Assembly: GCA_003326205.1 (NCBI GenBank)
Contig: LWTK01000058.1
Span: 2,476 to 66,475, forward strand
Reading direction: 5' to 3'
Length of the DNA stretch: 64,000 nt
Source: Nostoc sp. ATCC 43529
Lineage (GTDB): Bacteria; Cyanobacteriota; Cyanobacteriia; Cyanobacteriales; Nostocaceae
Part shown: positions 1 through 11,100 of the stretch, one piece after another
Numbering within the stretch: the first letter of the stretch is position 1
Layout of the letters: every line of letters begins with the position of its first letter
The notes under the pieces: model-generated
Told to the model about the DNA's origin: nothing
Databases searched by the model: none
What the model saw: the letters and a program-made list of their open reading frames with translations, nothing else
Program-made: the position numbers and the translations under genes

Positions 1-165
1 ACAGCTGCCAGTTAGTTTCTTGGCTGCATCTTTGAAGGTAGATTTTATGGTGTCGGTAAGCATGAACCCTGTGATTCCAATTCTAGAAATTCAGAGCAAA
101 CGCGGGCAGATCCGCGCCTCCTATTCTTCTAGAATGACTGGTATTTTATTTTCTTGCAAGCCCCT
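1..165 (-). mobile_element. End of an ISAzo13-like insertion sequence, with the first 21 codons of its transposase (63->1), running off the window edge
   Basis: The minus strand from 63 reads MLTDTIKSTFKDAAKKLTGSC, which I recognise as the N-terminus of cyanobacterial ISAzo13-family transposases. Nramp homology stops abruptly at ~165, where AGGGGCTTGCAAGAAAATAAAAT begins. Confidence 0.65.
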
Positions 166-1248
166 AATTGTAATCAACGCTGGAATGATAGCAAGCAGAC
201 GGGTAACTAAACGCCGTAACCAGGATGGAAGGCGAAATTGTAAAAAGCCTTCCATGACAATCTGCCCAGCCAGGGTTGCAGTTAGTGTCGAACTTTGCCC
301 AGAAGCAAGTAAGGCAATCCCAAAGATGGCGCTAGCAGCACTAACGCCTAATAATGGTGAAAGCAGTTTGTAAGCTTCTTGAATTTCTGCTACATTTTGA
401 TTCCCAGAAAAATGAAATGTGGCGGCAGACACAATTAAAATGGCTGAGTTGATAAATAGTGCCAACGATAGAGCAAAAGTTGAATCAATTGTACCAAACT
501 TAATCGCTTCCCATTTTTTTTCAGTATTAGGTTGCCAATCACGAGTTTGCACAATAGAGGAGTGTAAATATAAGTTGTGAGGCATTACTGTTGCGCCTAA
601 AATGCCAATGGCAATGTAGAGCATTTCTGGGTTTTGTAAAATTTCTTTTTTAGGCAGATATCCTAACAAAATTCCGCCCATATCAGGTCGGGAGAAGAGA
701 ATTTCCGCTGTAAAACAGATGCCTACGGTTGCTACCAGCATTATTACCAAAGCTTCTGTATAGCGAAAGCCTTTACTTTGCAGGAATAGCAATACCAAGA
801 CATCCAGCGCAGTGATGCACACACCCCATAGCAAGGGAATACCGAATAAAAGTTGCAGGGCGATCGCACTTCCCAGTAATTCTGCCAAGTCACAAGCTGC
901 GATCGCAATCTCACACAGTACCCACAAACAAAAGCTCACCCTTGGATTGAAATAGTCTCGACAAGCCTGTGCCAAATCTCGTCCTGTGGCAACACCTAAA
1001 CGCACACATAGCGATTGCAGTAATATTGCCATCAGGTTCGACAGCAGAATTACTGTCAACAGGGTATAGCCAAACTTAGACCCCCCAGCGATATCTGTTG
1101 CCCAGTTGCCAGGGTCCATATATCCGACTGAAACCAGATACCCTGGCCCTGCATAAGCCAACATCTTGGGCCAAAAGCTCTTACTGTTGGGAATTTTAAT
1201 ACTGCGGTGAACTTCAGGGAGACTGGGGCGCTTTTCGGGGCGAGTCAT
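121..1248 (-). pseudogene. mntH: Nramp/MntH divalent metal transporter, 3'-truncated by the IS
   Basis: DPGN and MPHNLYLH signature motifs are present. It is 375 aa and ends LAIIPALITI-RGLQENKIPVILEE*, where the last 14 aa come from IS sequence. The final TM helices of Nramp proteins are missing. Confidence 0.88.
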
Positions 1249-1400
1249 TTATTTTCTAGGGAAATTCTTTCATATTCTTTTCATAATGTCAGAAAATCTG
1301 GACTAAACATCAATCTGTAGTGGCAAAATTTTTCCTTCCTTGCGGGGAAGTTGCAATTTAAGCTCTAGTAGGTTCCCTAGCCTTCGGATTCTGCTCAGGC

Positions 1401-1700
1401 TCAATCCCTACTAATATTAATTGTCCTATCTAAGTTCTGGTCATACCACGATACTGGGTCTTCCAATGGTTCAAGATGGGTAAGGACATAGGTTTCTGGC
1501 AGCGATCGCATAATCGTTAGCTCTATCTCCTCACACAGTGCATGATGACCATGACCACTCTCCTGGCACTAAGACGTGGAATGAGACAAATCTACGCGCC
1601 CCTGCTACTCGCGTTCTTAGGGCATGGAATTGAATACTCTGCTTTTCATAAGTAGCAAAGATATCCATATTTTTTGCTTTGCCAGCTGGAAGCGATCGCT
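1401..1700 (-). pseudogene. Relic of the C-terminal (dimerisation) domain of a FieF-like cation diffusion facilitator
   Basis: The minus strand reads MDIFATYEKQSIQFHALRTRVAGARRFVSFHVLVPGEWS, then after a frameshift GHHALCEEIELTIMRSLPETYVLTHLEPLEDPVSW...*. There is no TM domain upstream. Confidence 0.7.
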
Positions 1701-1841
1701 ACTCTCATCCCGCAGATCATGATAAGTCACATTCTCTACGTCACCGTACTTTGCTAATTAGTTGCCATTAAAACCAGTGATGGTAATAAATTATACTAAA
1801 ATGTTTTAAGTAAAAACGCCAAAATTCAAGTTTTATACACT

Positions 1842-1972
1842 AGCCCTTTCAAAGTGACCAACGAAGATATGTGTTTCAGTGCTACCATCTTGAATCCTCT
1901 GCTCAGATTTTGCGCTTTTTGAAGGTTGAAATCACTAACCTTTGTTCCAAATTTCATCACCTTGAAAGGGCT
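1842..1972. repeat. ~130-bp MITE-like element with terminal inverted repeats
   Basis: AGCCCTTTCAAAGTGA (1842-1857) pairs with TCACCTTGAAAGGGCT (1957-1972) at 15/16 positions. The interior is non-coding. Confidence 0.55.
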
Positions 1973-2039
1973 GGTTTTCTACACTCATCAGCGCTATATG
2001 CTTGGTAAGTATTTTTATATACGCCATTGTTGGTTCATT

Positions 2040-2453
2040 TCACTCATCTAAATGTTCTGCCAAAGAGGAATATAAATTGATGATGTGATTGTCAGCCAAG
2101 CTGTAATAAACATTTTTACCTTCTCGACGATAACTGACTAAACGCATCGCTTTTAATAATCGCAATTGATGAGAAACAGCTGATTCCGTCATTTTCATCA
2201 ATGCAGCTAAATCACAAACACATAATTCTTGGGAGGCCAAAGCTGATATCAGCCGCAGACGATTCGGATCTCCAAGTATTCCAAAGACTTCTGCCATTTG
2301 TTTTGCCTTGTCTATAGACAAGATTTGTGTTTGAATTGACCGCACATTATCCAGATGCACCAAATGGGTATCACACTTTGGTACGCCTGCATTTTGAAGC
2401 AATACCAACTCTTCTTCGCTTTGGCGCTTGTTCATGGCATTAAGTATAGGCAA
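2040..2453 (-). CDS. aztR: SmtB/ArsR-family metal-sensing repressor (AztR/ZiaR/BxmR-like)
   Basis: N-terminal CDTHLVH, ELCVCDL helix, SHQLRLL HTH and C-terminal DNH...HLDE. It is divergent from the P1B ATPase. Confidence 0.85.
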   Translation of the reverse strand: MPILNAMNKRQSEEELVLLQNAGVPKCDTHLVHLDNVRSIQTQILSIDKAKQMAEVFGILGDPNRLRLISALASQELCVCDLAALMKMTESAVSHQLRLLKAMRLVSYRREGKNVYYSLADNHIINLYSSLAEHLDE

Positions 2454-2492
2454 TGGTTATCACTTTCAATTTTAACTAAAATTAAAGTATTG

Positions 2493-2518
2493 TACAGTTG
2501 AACATCTATTCAATTGTT
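2493..2518. promoter_or_regulatory. SmtB/AztR-type operator (TGAA-N6-TTCA core inverted repeat)
   Basis: TACAGTTGAACATCTATTCAATTGTT lies between the divergent repressor and ATPase and matches the known SmtB-family box architecture. Confidence 0.75.
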
Positions 2519-2564
2519 GTATTAGAATATTGGCAGTTAACTTTTTTGCCTTGGTTGTAATGCC

Positions 2565-5039
2565 ATGACTCAAACTCCTTCTCTCAAAAGCCAAACTTTG
2601 CAAATTGGTGGTATGGACTGCGGAAGCTGCGCCAAGACGATTGAAGTCGGTTTGCAGCAGTTAAATGGTGTTACAGAAGTAAAAGTAAACTTTACGACAG
2701 GCAAAGCCAGGATTTCCTATAACCCAGAAGTCTTGAGTGAAAAGACTATCTATGACCAAATTAGAAGTTTGGGTTATGCGGTTGAACAGAGTCATGACCA
2801 TAACGTCGATGTAACTCCTGTGAAAATGCTACAACTACAAATCGGCGGGATGGATTGTGGCAGCTGTGCCAAGACGATTGAGGCTGGGGTGCAGAAGATA
2901 ATAGGCGTAAAACAAGCATCGGTCAGCTTTGCCAGCGAACGATTGCAAGTATCCTATGACCCGCAACTGGTAAATGAGACGGCAATTTATGATCGGATTA
3001 AAAGTTTGGGTTATACAGTTGAGGAGGGTGTTGAGGCAAGTTCCCATCATCATACTGATTCTTGCGATGGCGAAACGCCCGCCGTAAGCGATCGTGAGTA
3101 CGAACACCAACACGAAAAGCCAATAAACAAGCCAAAACAAAAGTCAGACCTGGCAAGCTGGAGATTCTGGATTGAAAATCGCCGGGGGCAGAGTGTCATA
3201 CTTGCAGGTATAGGCTTAGTTTTGGGCTTAATTTCTCAAAATCTAGCGCTACCTATTTGGGTAGCACGGGCTTTCTATGGCATCGGCATAGTAATTACTG
3301 GCTATCCGATCGCACGGGCTGGTTTATTTGAATTGCGCTTGCGCCGCGCCGATATGAATCTGCTGATGACGATTTCGGTGATTGGGGCTGTAATTTTAGG
3401 GGACTGGTTTGAAGGGGCGCTAGTCGTCTTTTTGTTCACTTTTGGTACAACACTGCAAGTTTTCACCTTTGGTCGCACTCGCAATGCCATTCGCTCCCTG
3501 ATGGATTTGACTCCGCCCACTGCTACCGTCAAGCGGAATGGTCAGGAGGTGACAGTTTCCGTCGAAAGTATTCAGCTAGGTGAAACTTTGACAATTCGAC
3601 CAGGAGGGCGTGTGGCGTTGGATGGTGTAGTTGTTTCTGGCGCAAGCGCCATCGATCAGTCTCCAATTACAGGAGAATCAATTCCAGAAGATAAAGCTCC
3701 AGGTGATAATGTCTTTGCTGGGACACTGAATCAGACAGGCTTTTTAGAAGTCAAAGTTACTCACACTGCTAGCGATACAACTGTTGCCAAAATTATTAAT
3801 CTTGTGGAACAAGCTCAAGAAAGCCGCGCACCCTCGCAGCAGTGGGTGGATAAGTTTGCAGAGGTTTACACACCGATAGTCATTTTAGCAGCGATCGCCA
3901 TTGCTTTAATACCACCGTTGGCATTTGCTCAATCGTTCAACGTCTGGCTTTACCGGGCATTGGTGATGTTAGTAATAGCCTGCCCCTGTGCTTTAGTAAT
4001 TTCTACTCCTGTCTCGATTGTTAGCGCCATTGGTGCAGCAACTCGTAAGGGCGTTTTGTTCAAAGGGGGTAATGCGCTGGAAACGGCTGGACGTTTGACT
4101 ACTTTTGCTTTTGATAAAACTGGTACGATTACGCAAGGACTACCCGTTGTACAGAAGGTTTATGACCTTGGCAAGGTAAGCGCAAACATGGTATTACTGA
4201 TTGCAGCTTCAGTTGAGCAACAGTCTGAGCATCCCCTCTCCAAGGCAATTGTAGCCAAGGCTCACGATCAAGGGATGGAGTTAGAAACACCTATTAACTT
4301 TACTGCACTACCTGGGAAAGGGATTCAGGCGAACTTTAAGGAGCAGTTATACTTCATAGGCAATCAACGGTTGTTTTTAGACCAAGGTATTCGCTTATCT
4401 GGTGAAGCTGAATATTTGTTAGCTTCTATTGAACAACTCGGTCAAATTCCGGTGCTGGTAGGAACAAATGAAGGGTTATTAGGAGCGATCGCACTTTCTG
4501 ATGGTATTCGCTTGGAAGCGACGGAAGCCCTGCGACAGTTGAAGCGGGTTGGATTAAAGCGATTAGTAATGCTAACGGGCGATCGTACTGCCGTTGCTAA
4601 ACAGATTGCCCAGCAAGTTGGAATTACAGAGTACCGGGCAGAACTGCTACCAAAAGATAAACTTGAAGAAATTCAACTTCTGCGTCAAACAGGAGTAGTA
4701 GGTATGGTTGGAGATGGTATTAACGATGCTCCTGCGCTTGCTGCTGCGGATATTAGTTTTGCAGTTGGTGGAATAGATATTGCTCTGGAGACAGCAGATG
4801 TCGTGATCGTAGGAAGTGACCTGAGACGACTTGCTTATGCAGTAGAACTAAGCCGTCGCACTGTATCTGTAATTAAACAGAATGTTGTCTTTTCTTTAGT
4901 AACAAAAGGTTTATTTCTGCTATTAGGAACCTTTGGGTTTGTTGGGTTAGCTGTAGCTGTTTTAGCAGATACAGGGACTTCCTTATTAGTTACTGCAAAT
5001 GGAATGCGGCTATTTAGAACCAAGGCTGTCAAGGATTAA
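2565..5039 (+). CDS. aztA: P1B-type Zn/Cd/Pb-translocating ATPase with two N-terminal metal-binding domains
   Basis: Two GMDCGSC motifs, His-rich linker, TGES, CPC (ACPCAL), DKTGT, GDGIND. Confidence 0.9.
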   Translation: MTQTPSLKSQTLQIGGMDCGSCAKTIEVGLQQLNGVTEVKVNFTTGKARISYNPEVLSEKTIYDQIRSLGYAVEQSHDHNVDVTPVKMLQLQIGGMDCGSCAKTIEAGVQKIIGVKQASVSFASERLQVSYDPQLVNETAIYDRIKSLGYTVEEGVEASSHHHTDSCDGETPAVSDREYEHQHEKPINKPKQKSDLASWRFWIENRRGQSVILAGIGLVLGLISQNLALPIWVARAFYGIGIVITGYPIARAGLFELRLRRADMNLLMTISVIGAVILGDWFEGALVVFLFTFGTTLQVFTFGRTRNAIRSLMDLTPPTATVKRNGQEVTVSVESIQLGETLTIRPGGRVALDGVVVSGASAIDQSPITGESIPEDKAPGDNVFAGTLNQTGFLEVKVTHTASDTTVAKIINLVEQAQESRAPSQQWVDKFAEVYTPIVILAAIAIALIPPLAFAQSFNVWLYRALVMLVIACPCALVISTPVSIVSAIGAATRKGVLFKGGNALETAGRLTTFAFDKTGTITQGLPVVQKVYDLGKVSANMVLLIAASVEQQSEHPLSKAIVAKAHDQGMELETPINFTALPGKGIQANFKEQLYFIGNQRLFLDQGIRLSGEAEYLLASIEQLGQIPVLVGTNEGLLGAIALSDGIRLEATEALRQLKRVGLKRLVMLTGDRTAVAKQIAQQVGITEYRAELLPKDKLEEIQLLRQTGVVGMVGDGINDAPALAAADISFAVGGIDIALETADVVIVGSDLRRLAYAVELSRRTVSVIKQNVVFSLVTKGLFLLLGTFGFVGLAVAVLADTGTSLLVTANGMRLFRTKAVKD

Positions 5040-5364
5040 TATTAGCGGGCGATGCTGCAAAGCAGCCGCTACGCGAACGCCATAATTAAAGATACAGCAG
5101 TTTTCGTGTGCATGAAGTACAAATTTACAGGTTGTGAGGCAGGAGGCAGAAAGTTTGTATATTTGATTTTGAGTCCTGCATTTATACTTCACCTACTTGC
5201 AAACTGCTGTATATCTATTGCTGAGTCAGATTAGGTGACATACCCAATATGCACAGACAGTAAAACTTTTAGTAGCTTTAAATTGTCTTAGATATCCCAT
5301 TTTTTACTTTTAAAATATGTTCCATTTCTTCAAATTTCCTCAACTTTCGCATTAGAGGCGTTGA

Positions 5365-6057
5365 ATGCAAAAAAAAATAATTATGAATTTCACTAACCAA
5401 AAATTGGGACATTACCACTATCCCTACACTAAAGCTGTAGAGAGTACACAAAACTTAGAGTTACTTTGGGTTATTTTAGGGCTGCGAAGTAGCCTATTCC
5501 TAATAGAATTAGGAGTTGGACTTTGGGATAGTAGTTTGTCACTTTTAGCAGGTTCGGGACACCTATTTTCTGATGTAGTGACTTTGGGATTGACAGTGTT
5601 AGTAGTCTGGTTAACAGAGCGTCAATCTTCGGGTGAAACGAATTTTAAGTACCAGCAAATAGAAGCTTGGGTAGGATTACTAAATGGGGTGAGTTTAGTA
5701 ACTTTAGCTGGTTTCATTGCTTTAGAAGCTGTGGAACGTCTTCAAAATCCTCAACCTGTATCAGGCTTACCCATGCTGGCTGTAGCTACCTTGAGCATAG
5801 TAATTAACGGCTTAACTATCCAACCATTGCACAAACATAGTCATCATAATTTGAATCTGCGGGGAGTTTTCTTACATGGGATTGCTGATGCTGGCAGTTC
5901 TATCGGTGTAATTTTGGCTGCTGGTTGTGTTTATTTTTTTAATTGGCTATGGGCAGATGCAGTAGCTAGTTTACTGGTTGCCTTGTTTTTGAGCATCAGT
6001 GCTATTTCTCTAATTAAAGATAGTCTGAGGCAGTTTCAACTTACTTGCAAGCTATGA
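5365..6057 (+). CDS. Cation diffusion facilitator (CzcD-like), lacking the cytosolic C-terminal domain
   Basis: HLFSD (TM2) and HGIAD (TM5) HxxxD metal sites, a HSHH loop and six hydrophobic segments in 230 aa. Confidence 0.8.
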   Translation: MQKKIIMNFTNQKLGHYHYPYTKAVESTQNLELLWVILGLRSSLFLIELGVGLWDSSLSLLAGSGHLFSDVVTLGLTVLVVWLTERQSSGETNFKYQQIEAWVGLLNGVSLVTLAGFIALEAVERLQNPQPVSGLPMLAVATLSIVINGLTIQPLHKHSHHNLNLRGVFLHGIADAGSSIGVILAAGCVYFFNWLWADAVASLLVALFLSISAISLIKDSLRQFQLTCKL

Positions 6058-6141
6058 CGTTCGCTTCAGTTTGACACCTTGTCTCTTGACAGAAGCGATC
6101 GCCATAGTTAAGAATTCGACTACCAGCTGCCATGCACCACA

Positions 6142-6759
6142 ATGTCACACCAATCAAAGATTAATATAAGCTTGATGGGAGCGGTATTTCTGTCACTGCT
6201 CGTCACCCCAGTGTTAGCACATAACATTCAACTATCGGGGGATGTGGCTGGTACTTGGCACGTTGAACCAAATCACAGTCCCAAAGCAGGAGAAACAGCG
6301 AGAGTCTGGATTGCACTTACCCGCAAGGGAGGTAAAATCTTGCCAGTGTCGGAGGCGAATTGCCAAATGGCTGTCTACTCTCAACCTCGTAAACAGAAAG
6401 ATTCGCCTGTGCTACAGCCTACGGTGCAAGCGATTTCAGTTGAGAGATATCAAGGTATTCCTGGTGCAGATGTTGTTTTTCCTAAAACAGGAGCTTATCA
6501 GTTAGAGTTAGGTTGCACTCCCAAAGTCGAAAGTAATTTTAAACCCTTCCAGATGCAGTATGAGGTAGTAGTAGCTAGTGGTGTAGCAGCATCGACACCA
6601 GCACCAGTTACAAGTTATCAAAAAACTGAGCAAGAATTACCATCCAGTCAGTCAACCAAGTCTGGAAATCAATGGTTTCCTGGAGCTATGGCGCTCGGTG
6701 TCATGATTGCAGGTTTGGGAACCTTTTGGTGGATGAAGCAAAGGACGAAAGTCAAATAA
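6142..6759 (+). CDS. Exported, C-terminally membrane-anchored hypothetical protein; candidate metal-binding protein
   Basis: Signal peptide ending VLA|HN, a beta-rich middle, a Ser/Thr/Pro linker and a C-terminal TM helix followed by KQRTKVK. Confidence 0.6.
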   Translation: MSHQSKINISLMGAVFLSLLVTPVLAHNIQLSGDVAGTWHVEPNHSPKAGETARVWIALTRKGGKILPVSEANCQMAVYSQPRKQKDSPVLQPTVQAISVERYQGIPGADVVFPKTGAYQLELGCTPKVESNFKPFQMQYEVVVASGVAASTPAPVTSYQKTEQELPSSQSTKSGNQWFPGAMALGVMIAGLGTFWWMKQRTKVK

Positions 6760-6788
6760 CTACTACAAACTTTCAAAATTAAGGAGCA

Positions 6789-7829
6789 TCAGCCAGCTAG
6801 ATAGCTACGTGAGTTAACCCCATATCTTCGTAGAAGTGTGAGAGCTTGTTGTTCCACTTGTCGCACTCGTTCCCGACAAATGCCCATACGTTGACTAATC
6901 TGTACCAGGGTAAGTTCGTGTCCACCTGCTAAACCAAAGCGCAAGATTAATACTTCCTTTTGCTGGGGAGTCAGCTTTGCTAATAGGTTGTGAATGTCTT
7001 GATAGAGTAATTCCCGCTCGGCGTAGCGTTCGGGAGATATTCCATCATCCTCCAGCATATCCTGCAATTGAGTATCCTGCTCAGGCCCAATTCCCATATC
7101 TAAGGAAACAGGTTGACGAGCAAACTGCAAACATTCTCGAATCTGACTGGGTTCCAGATTAAGCGCTTGGGCGATTTCAGTCACGTCGGCAGTGTGACCA
7201 AGCTTTTGAGATAACTCTCGTTGAACACGCTTAATTTTGTTCAGCTTCTCAGCGATGTGAATGGGTAAACGAATGGTGCGGGATTGTTGTGCGATCGCTC
7301 GTGTAATTCCCTGACGAATCCACCAGTAAGCATAAGTAGAAAACTTGTATCCAAGAGTTGGATCAAATTTCTCTACCCCTCGTTCTAGCCCCAATGTACC
7401 TTCTTGAATTAAGTCTAGAAACTCAATATTGCGTTTCTGGTATTTTTTAGCAATAGATACCACTAGCCGCAGATTAGCCTGAATCATCTTCTGTTTGGCA
7501 ATTTGTCCTTGACTTAGTTGTTGCAGCAGCACATTTTCTTTCAATTGCATCTTGTCAGCCCATTCTTGCAGAGTAGGTTCACGCTGTAATTTTTCAGATA
7601 CTTCTTCCTTCGCAGTAATAATTGCCATCATTTGCTGAACTTGTTTAGCAAAAAAAATTTCTTGCTCATGGGTTAACAGAGGTATACGTCCAATTTGATG
7701 AAGATAGATACGCACTATATCTGCTGTAGATGAAAAATCGTTATTCTTGCTCTTAAGTTTAGTTACTTGGGATGCTGAATTAGGCATGAATAGGTTAGCC
7801 TCCATTGAATCAATATTGAATAAATTCAA
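6789..7829 (-). CDS. Group-2 sigma-70 factor (SigB-like); probable start ATG at 7787
   Basis: Region 1.2 YLHQIGRIPLL, region 2 ANLRLVVSIAKKY / DLIQEG / STYAYWWIRQGITRAI, region 4 RERVRQVE. There is no region 1.1. Confidence 0.9.
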   Translation of the reverse strand: MNLFNIDSMEANLFMPNSASQVTKLKSKNNDFSSTADIVRIYLHQIGRIPLLTHEQEIFFAKQVQQMMAIITAKEEVSEKLQREPTLQEWADKMQLKENVLLQQLSQGQIAKQKMIQANLRLVVSIAKKYQKRNIEFLDLIQEGTLGLERGVEKFDPTLGYKFSTYAYWWIRQGITRAIAQQSRTIRLPIHIAEKLNKIKRVQRELSQKLGHTADVTEIAQALNLEPSQIRECLQFARQPVSLDMGIGPEQDTQLQDMLEDDGISPERYAERELLYQDIHNLLAKLTPQQKEVLILRFGLAGGHELTLVQISQRMGICRERVRQVEQQALTLLRRYGVNSRSYLAG

Positions 7830-8103
7830 AAGTTTAAAAAATTATAAATAAACATAAATTAATGAGATGAGAAATATTCTAAGATTCCTCACCAGATCCA
7901 TCTGAAGCACCTTCTATTGACGGTTTACTAAATTTATTAAAGTTTGAAAAATTGTAAAGTTGCTCATTAAACAAGAGACATAGTTATCAAAGCTTTTAAT
8001 ATTGTTAATTTTTACAAATCAGAAGGAGGGGGAATATTTTTGACAGTTGATTGTTTTAGAAGGTGAAAACTATAAAATTCACATTTCATTCCTATCGCCC
8101 AAA

Positions 8104-11100
8104 TCAATTTTCCAACACAGATCCTACTACCTTCCCATTTTCCACAACAGCCGCACTTCGCTTAGGTAACAAAAACCTACCAAACTTAGAATATAAAGCA
8201 GGTAAAACCAGCAAAGTTAACGCCGTAGAAGTAAACAACCCACCTAACACTACAATCGAAAGAGGTTGCAAAATTTCCTTCCCTGGCCCCACTGAAATTA
8301 TCAACGGAACTAAACCCAAAGCTGAAGTTAAAGATGTCATCAAAATAGCGTTGAGTCGTTCCATTGATCCAGCAATTAATACTTCTTTTAAAGACATCCC
8401 TAACGCAACTTTTGTGGTGTAATTATCTACTAATAATAATCCGTTTCGAGTAGCCACACCAAACAAAGTTACAAACCCTACCAATGAGGCTACAGAAACA
8501 ACTCCACCTGTAAAAGCTACCGCAATTACTCCACCCACTAATGCAATGGGCAAGTTAATCATAATCATTGCTGTTGAAGCGATTGATTTCACAGAAAGAT
8601 ACATTAGTACTGTAATCACAACAAAGGAAATAGCACCGAAAACCAGAATATTTTGTGAAGCTCGTTCTTCTGCTTCAAATTGACCTCCATATTGGATAAA
8701 ATAACCTGAAGGAAGTTGCACTTGTGCCTTAACTTTATTTTGAATATCTGTCACTACAGAGCGCAAATCTCTACCTTTAGCATTAGCAGACACCACAATT
8801 AAACGCGAAACATTTTCCCGATTGATAGTATTAGGCCCAGTGCCATAGGCAACCGTAGCAACTTTAGCTAAGGGAATTTTATTACCATCAGGGGTATCAA
8901 CTAACAAATTCTCAATTGTTTGTAGATTTTTGCGATACTGTGGTTGCAACCACACAACCAAATCAAAGCTTTGTTGCTTCTCTAAAACTTGAGAGACTAC
9001 TCTTCCATTGAGCGCAGTTTCAATAATATTAGATAATTGTCCAATAGTTAAACCGTAGCGAGATGCAGCAACACGGTCAAACTTAATTTGAATTTGTTCA
9101 ATAGGAATTTGTGGTTCGAGTTGTAAATCTACAATTCCCGGAATAGATTTTATTGCGTCTTCAACTTGCTTTCCAAGCTTGCGAAGTTCTTCCAAGTCGG
9201 AACCAAAAATTTTGACCGCGATTTGACTCCTGACCCCAGACAAAATTTCATCAATACGGTGAGCAATAAATCCACCAATATTGGATGCAGCCCCTGGTAT
9301 TTTGTTAAACTCTTCCCGCAACCATTCTACGGTAGCTCCGCGATTTTTCATTCCTTTGTCACTCAACCCAATATCAAGGTGAGCCAAATTCACAGGTGCA
9401 GCATCCGGATCATTGGGGGCGCGTCCGGCGCGTAATTGAATATACTTTAATCTAGGGTCGTCTTTGAGTTTATCTTCCAAAGCAAAAGCAGCACTATTGG
9501 TAGCTTCTAAAGATGTACCTGGGTAAAGTGCTAAAGTATTTACCAAAGTTGTTTCTTGGAATTCAGGTAAAAATGCTCGTCCTAAAGTTGGGAAAATTAT
9601 AATTGCTGCTATCATTCCCGCCGCAGCCACAGTAATAACAATTACCGAATTTCTGATAGCAAAATCGAGAAAAAGGTAATAAATCCTTTTACAAACTCTT
9701 GGTACAAAGGGTTCCCTGACTGACATTTTATTGTGAGGTAATAAAATTGCACATAAAGCCGGACTTACAAGCAGCGCTTCTAAGCTAGAAACTACAACTA
9801 CCACCAGATAACTAAGACCCATCGGGCCAAAAATCCGACCTTCCACACCAGCAAGGGCAAATATTGGAGAAAAGACGACAATAGTAATTAAAGTTGCCCC
9901 AATCAGAGATTCCTGGACTTCCTGTACTCCTTCAAAAACAATTTCCAGTACTGGACTAGGGTTGGGAGAGTATTTATTTTGTCGTAATAAACGAAAAACA
10001 TTTTCTGCATAGACAATGGCATCATCGATCGCTGTACCAATGGCGATCGCTAATCCTCCCAAAGTCATTGTATTCAGCCCCAAGCCCAAAAAAGATAATA
10101 CTTGCAATGAAAATATAAAGGTCAGGGCAAAATTCAACAGCACAACTCCAAGAGTCCGCCAATTCATTAAAAAAGGGATGAGGATAACTGCTGCAATGAT
10201 ACTACCTTCCACCAAGGCTGACCTGACATTTTCCACCGAAGTATCGATATAATCTGCTTGGCGGAAGGTTTGATTTACTTTAATTTCTTTCGGTAAACCT
10301 GCTTTTAGCTCAGATATTGCGGCTTCAATAGCGCGGGTGACGGTGGGAGTATCAGCTAGGGGTTGTTTATTCACCATCACCACAACAGCATCTTTCCCAT
10401 TTAAACTACCATCGCCGATTTTCACAGCACCACCAATTTGCACTTGGGCGACATCTCCCAGGCGGACGGGCGTTCCTTGACGGGCGACAATGACAGATTG
10501 TTGAAGATCATCAAGGGATTCAATCCGCCCAATTCCCCGAATTAAAGTTTGTTTATCAGGAGTAGTTAAAAAGCCACCAGGAGCATTGACATTTGCCGCC
10601 TGTACAGCTTCACTTACCTGTTGTAAAGATACATTAAAAGCTTGTAGTTTGTTGAGGTCTACTAACACTTGATACTGACGCACATCACCGCCATACACAA
10701 GTACTTGACTGACACCGGGAACTGCTAAAAGGCGATTCGTCACTTGCCAATCAACAATTCTGCGGACTTCCATGAGGTCGATTTTAGTGGCAGATTGATT
10801 ATTGCCTTCTCCTTCCACAGTCAAGGCGTACTTTAATACAGTACCGATGGGAGAGCTAGTGGGAGCAATTCGTGGGGTTTCGACTCCTTCTGGTAGCTTG
10901 CTTACGGCTTGTTGCAGTCGTTCTTGTATCAACTGGCGGGCTTGAAAGATATCTGTTCCCCAGCCAAAAACAACTCTGACTACAGAAAGTCCGGCTGAAG
11001 AAGAGGAACGAACGGTAGTTAAGCCTGGAGTTCCATTAATGGCACTTTCAATTGGTAATGTCACCAAAGATTCGATTTCTTCTGGCGCTAGTCCAGGGGC

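Noticed and set aside
20-373. 117-aa plus-strand ORF
   Set aside because: It is antisense to mntH and the IS end, with no recognisable motif.
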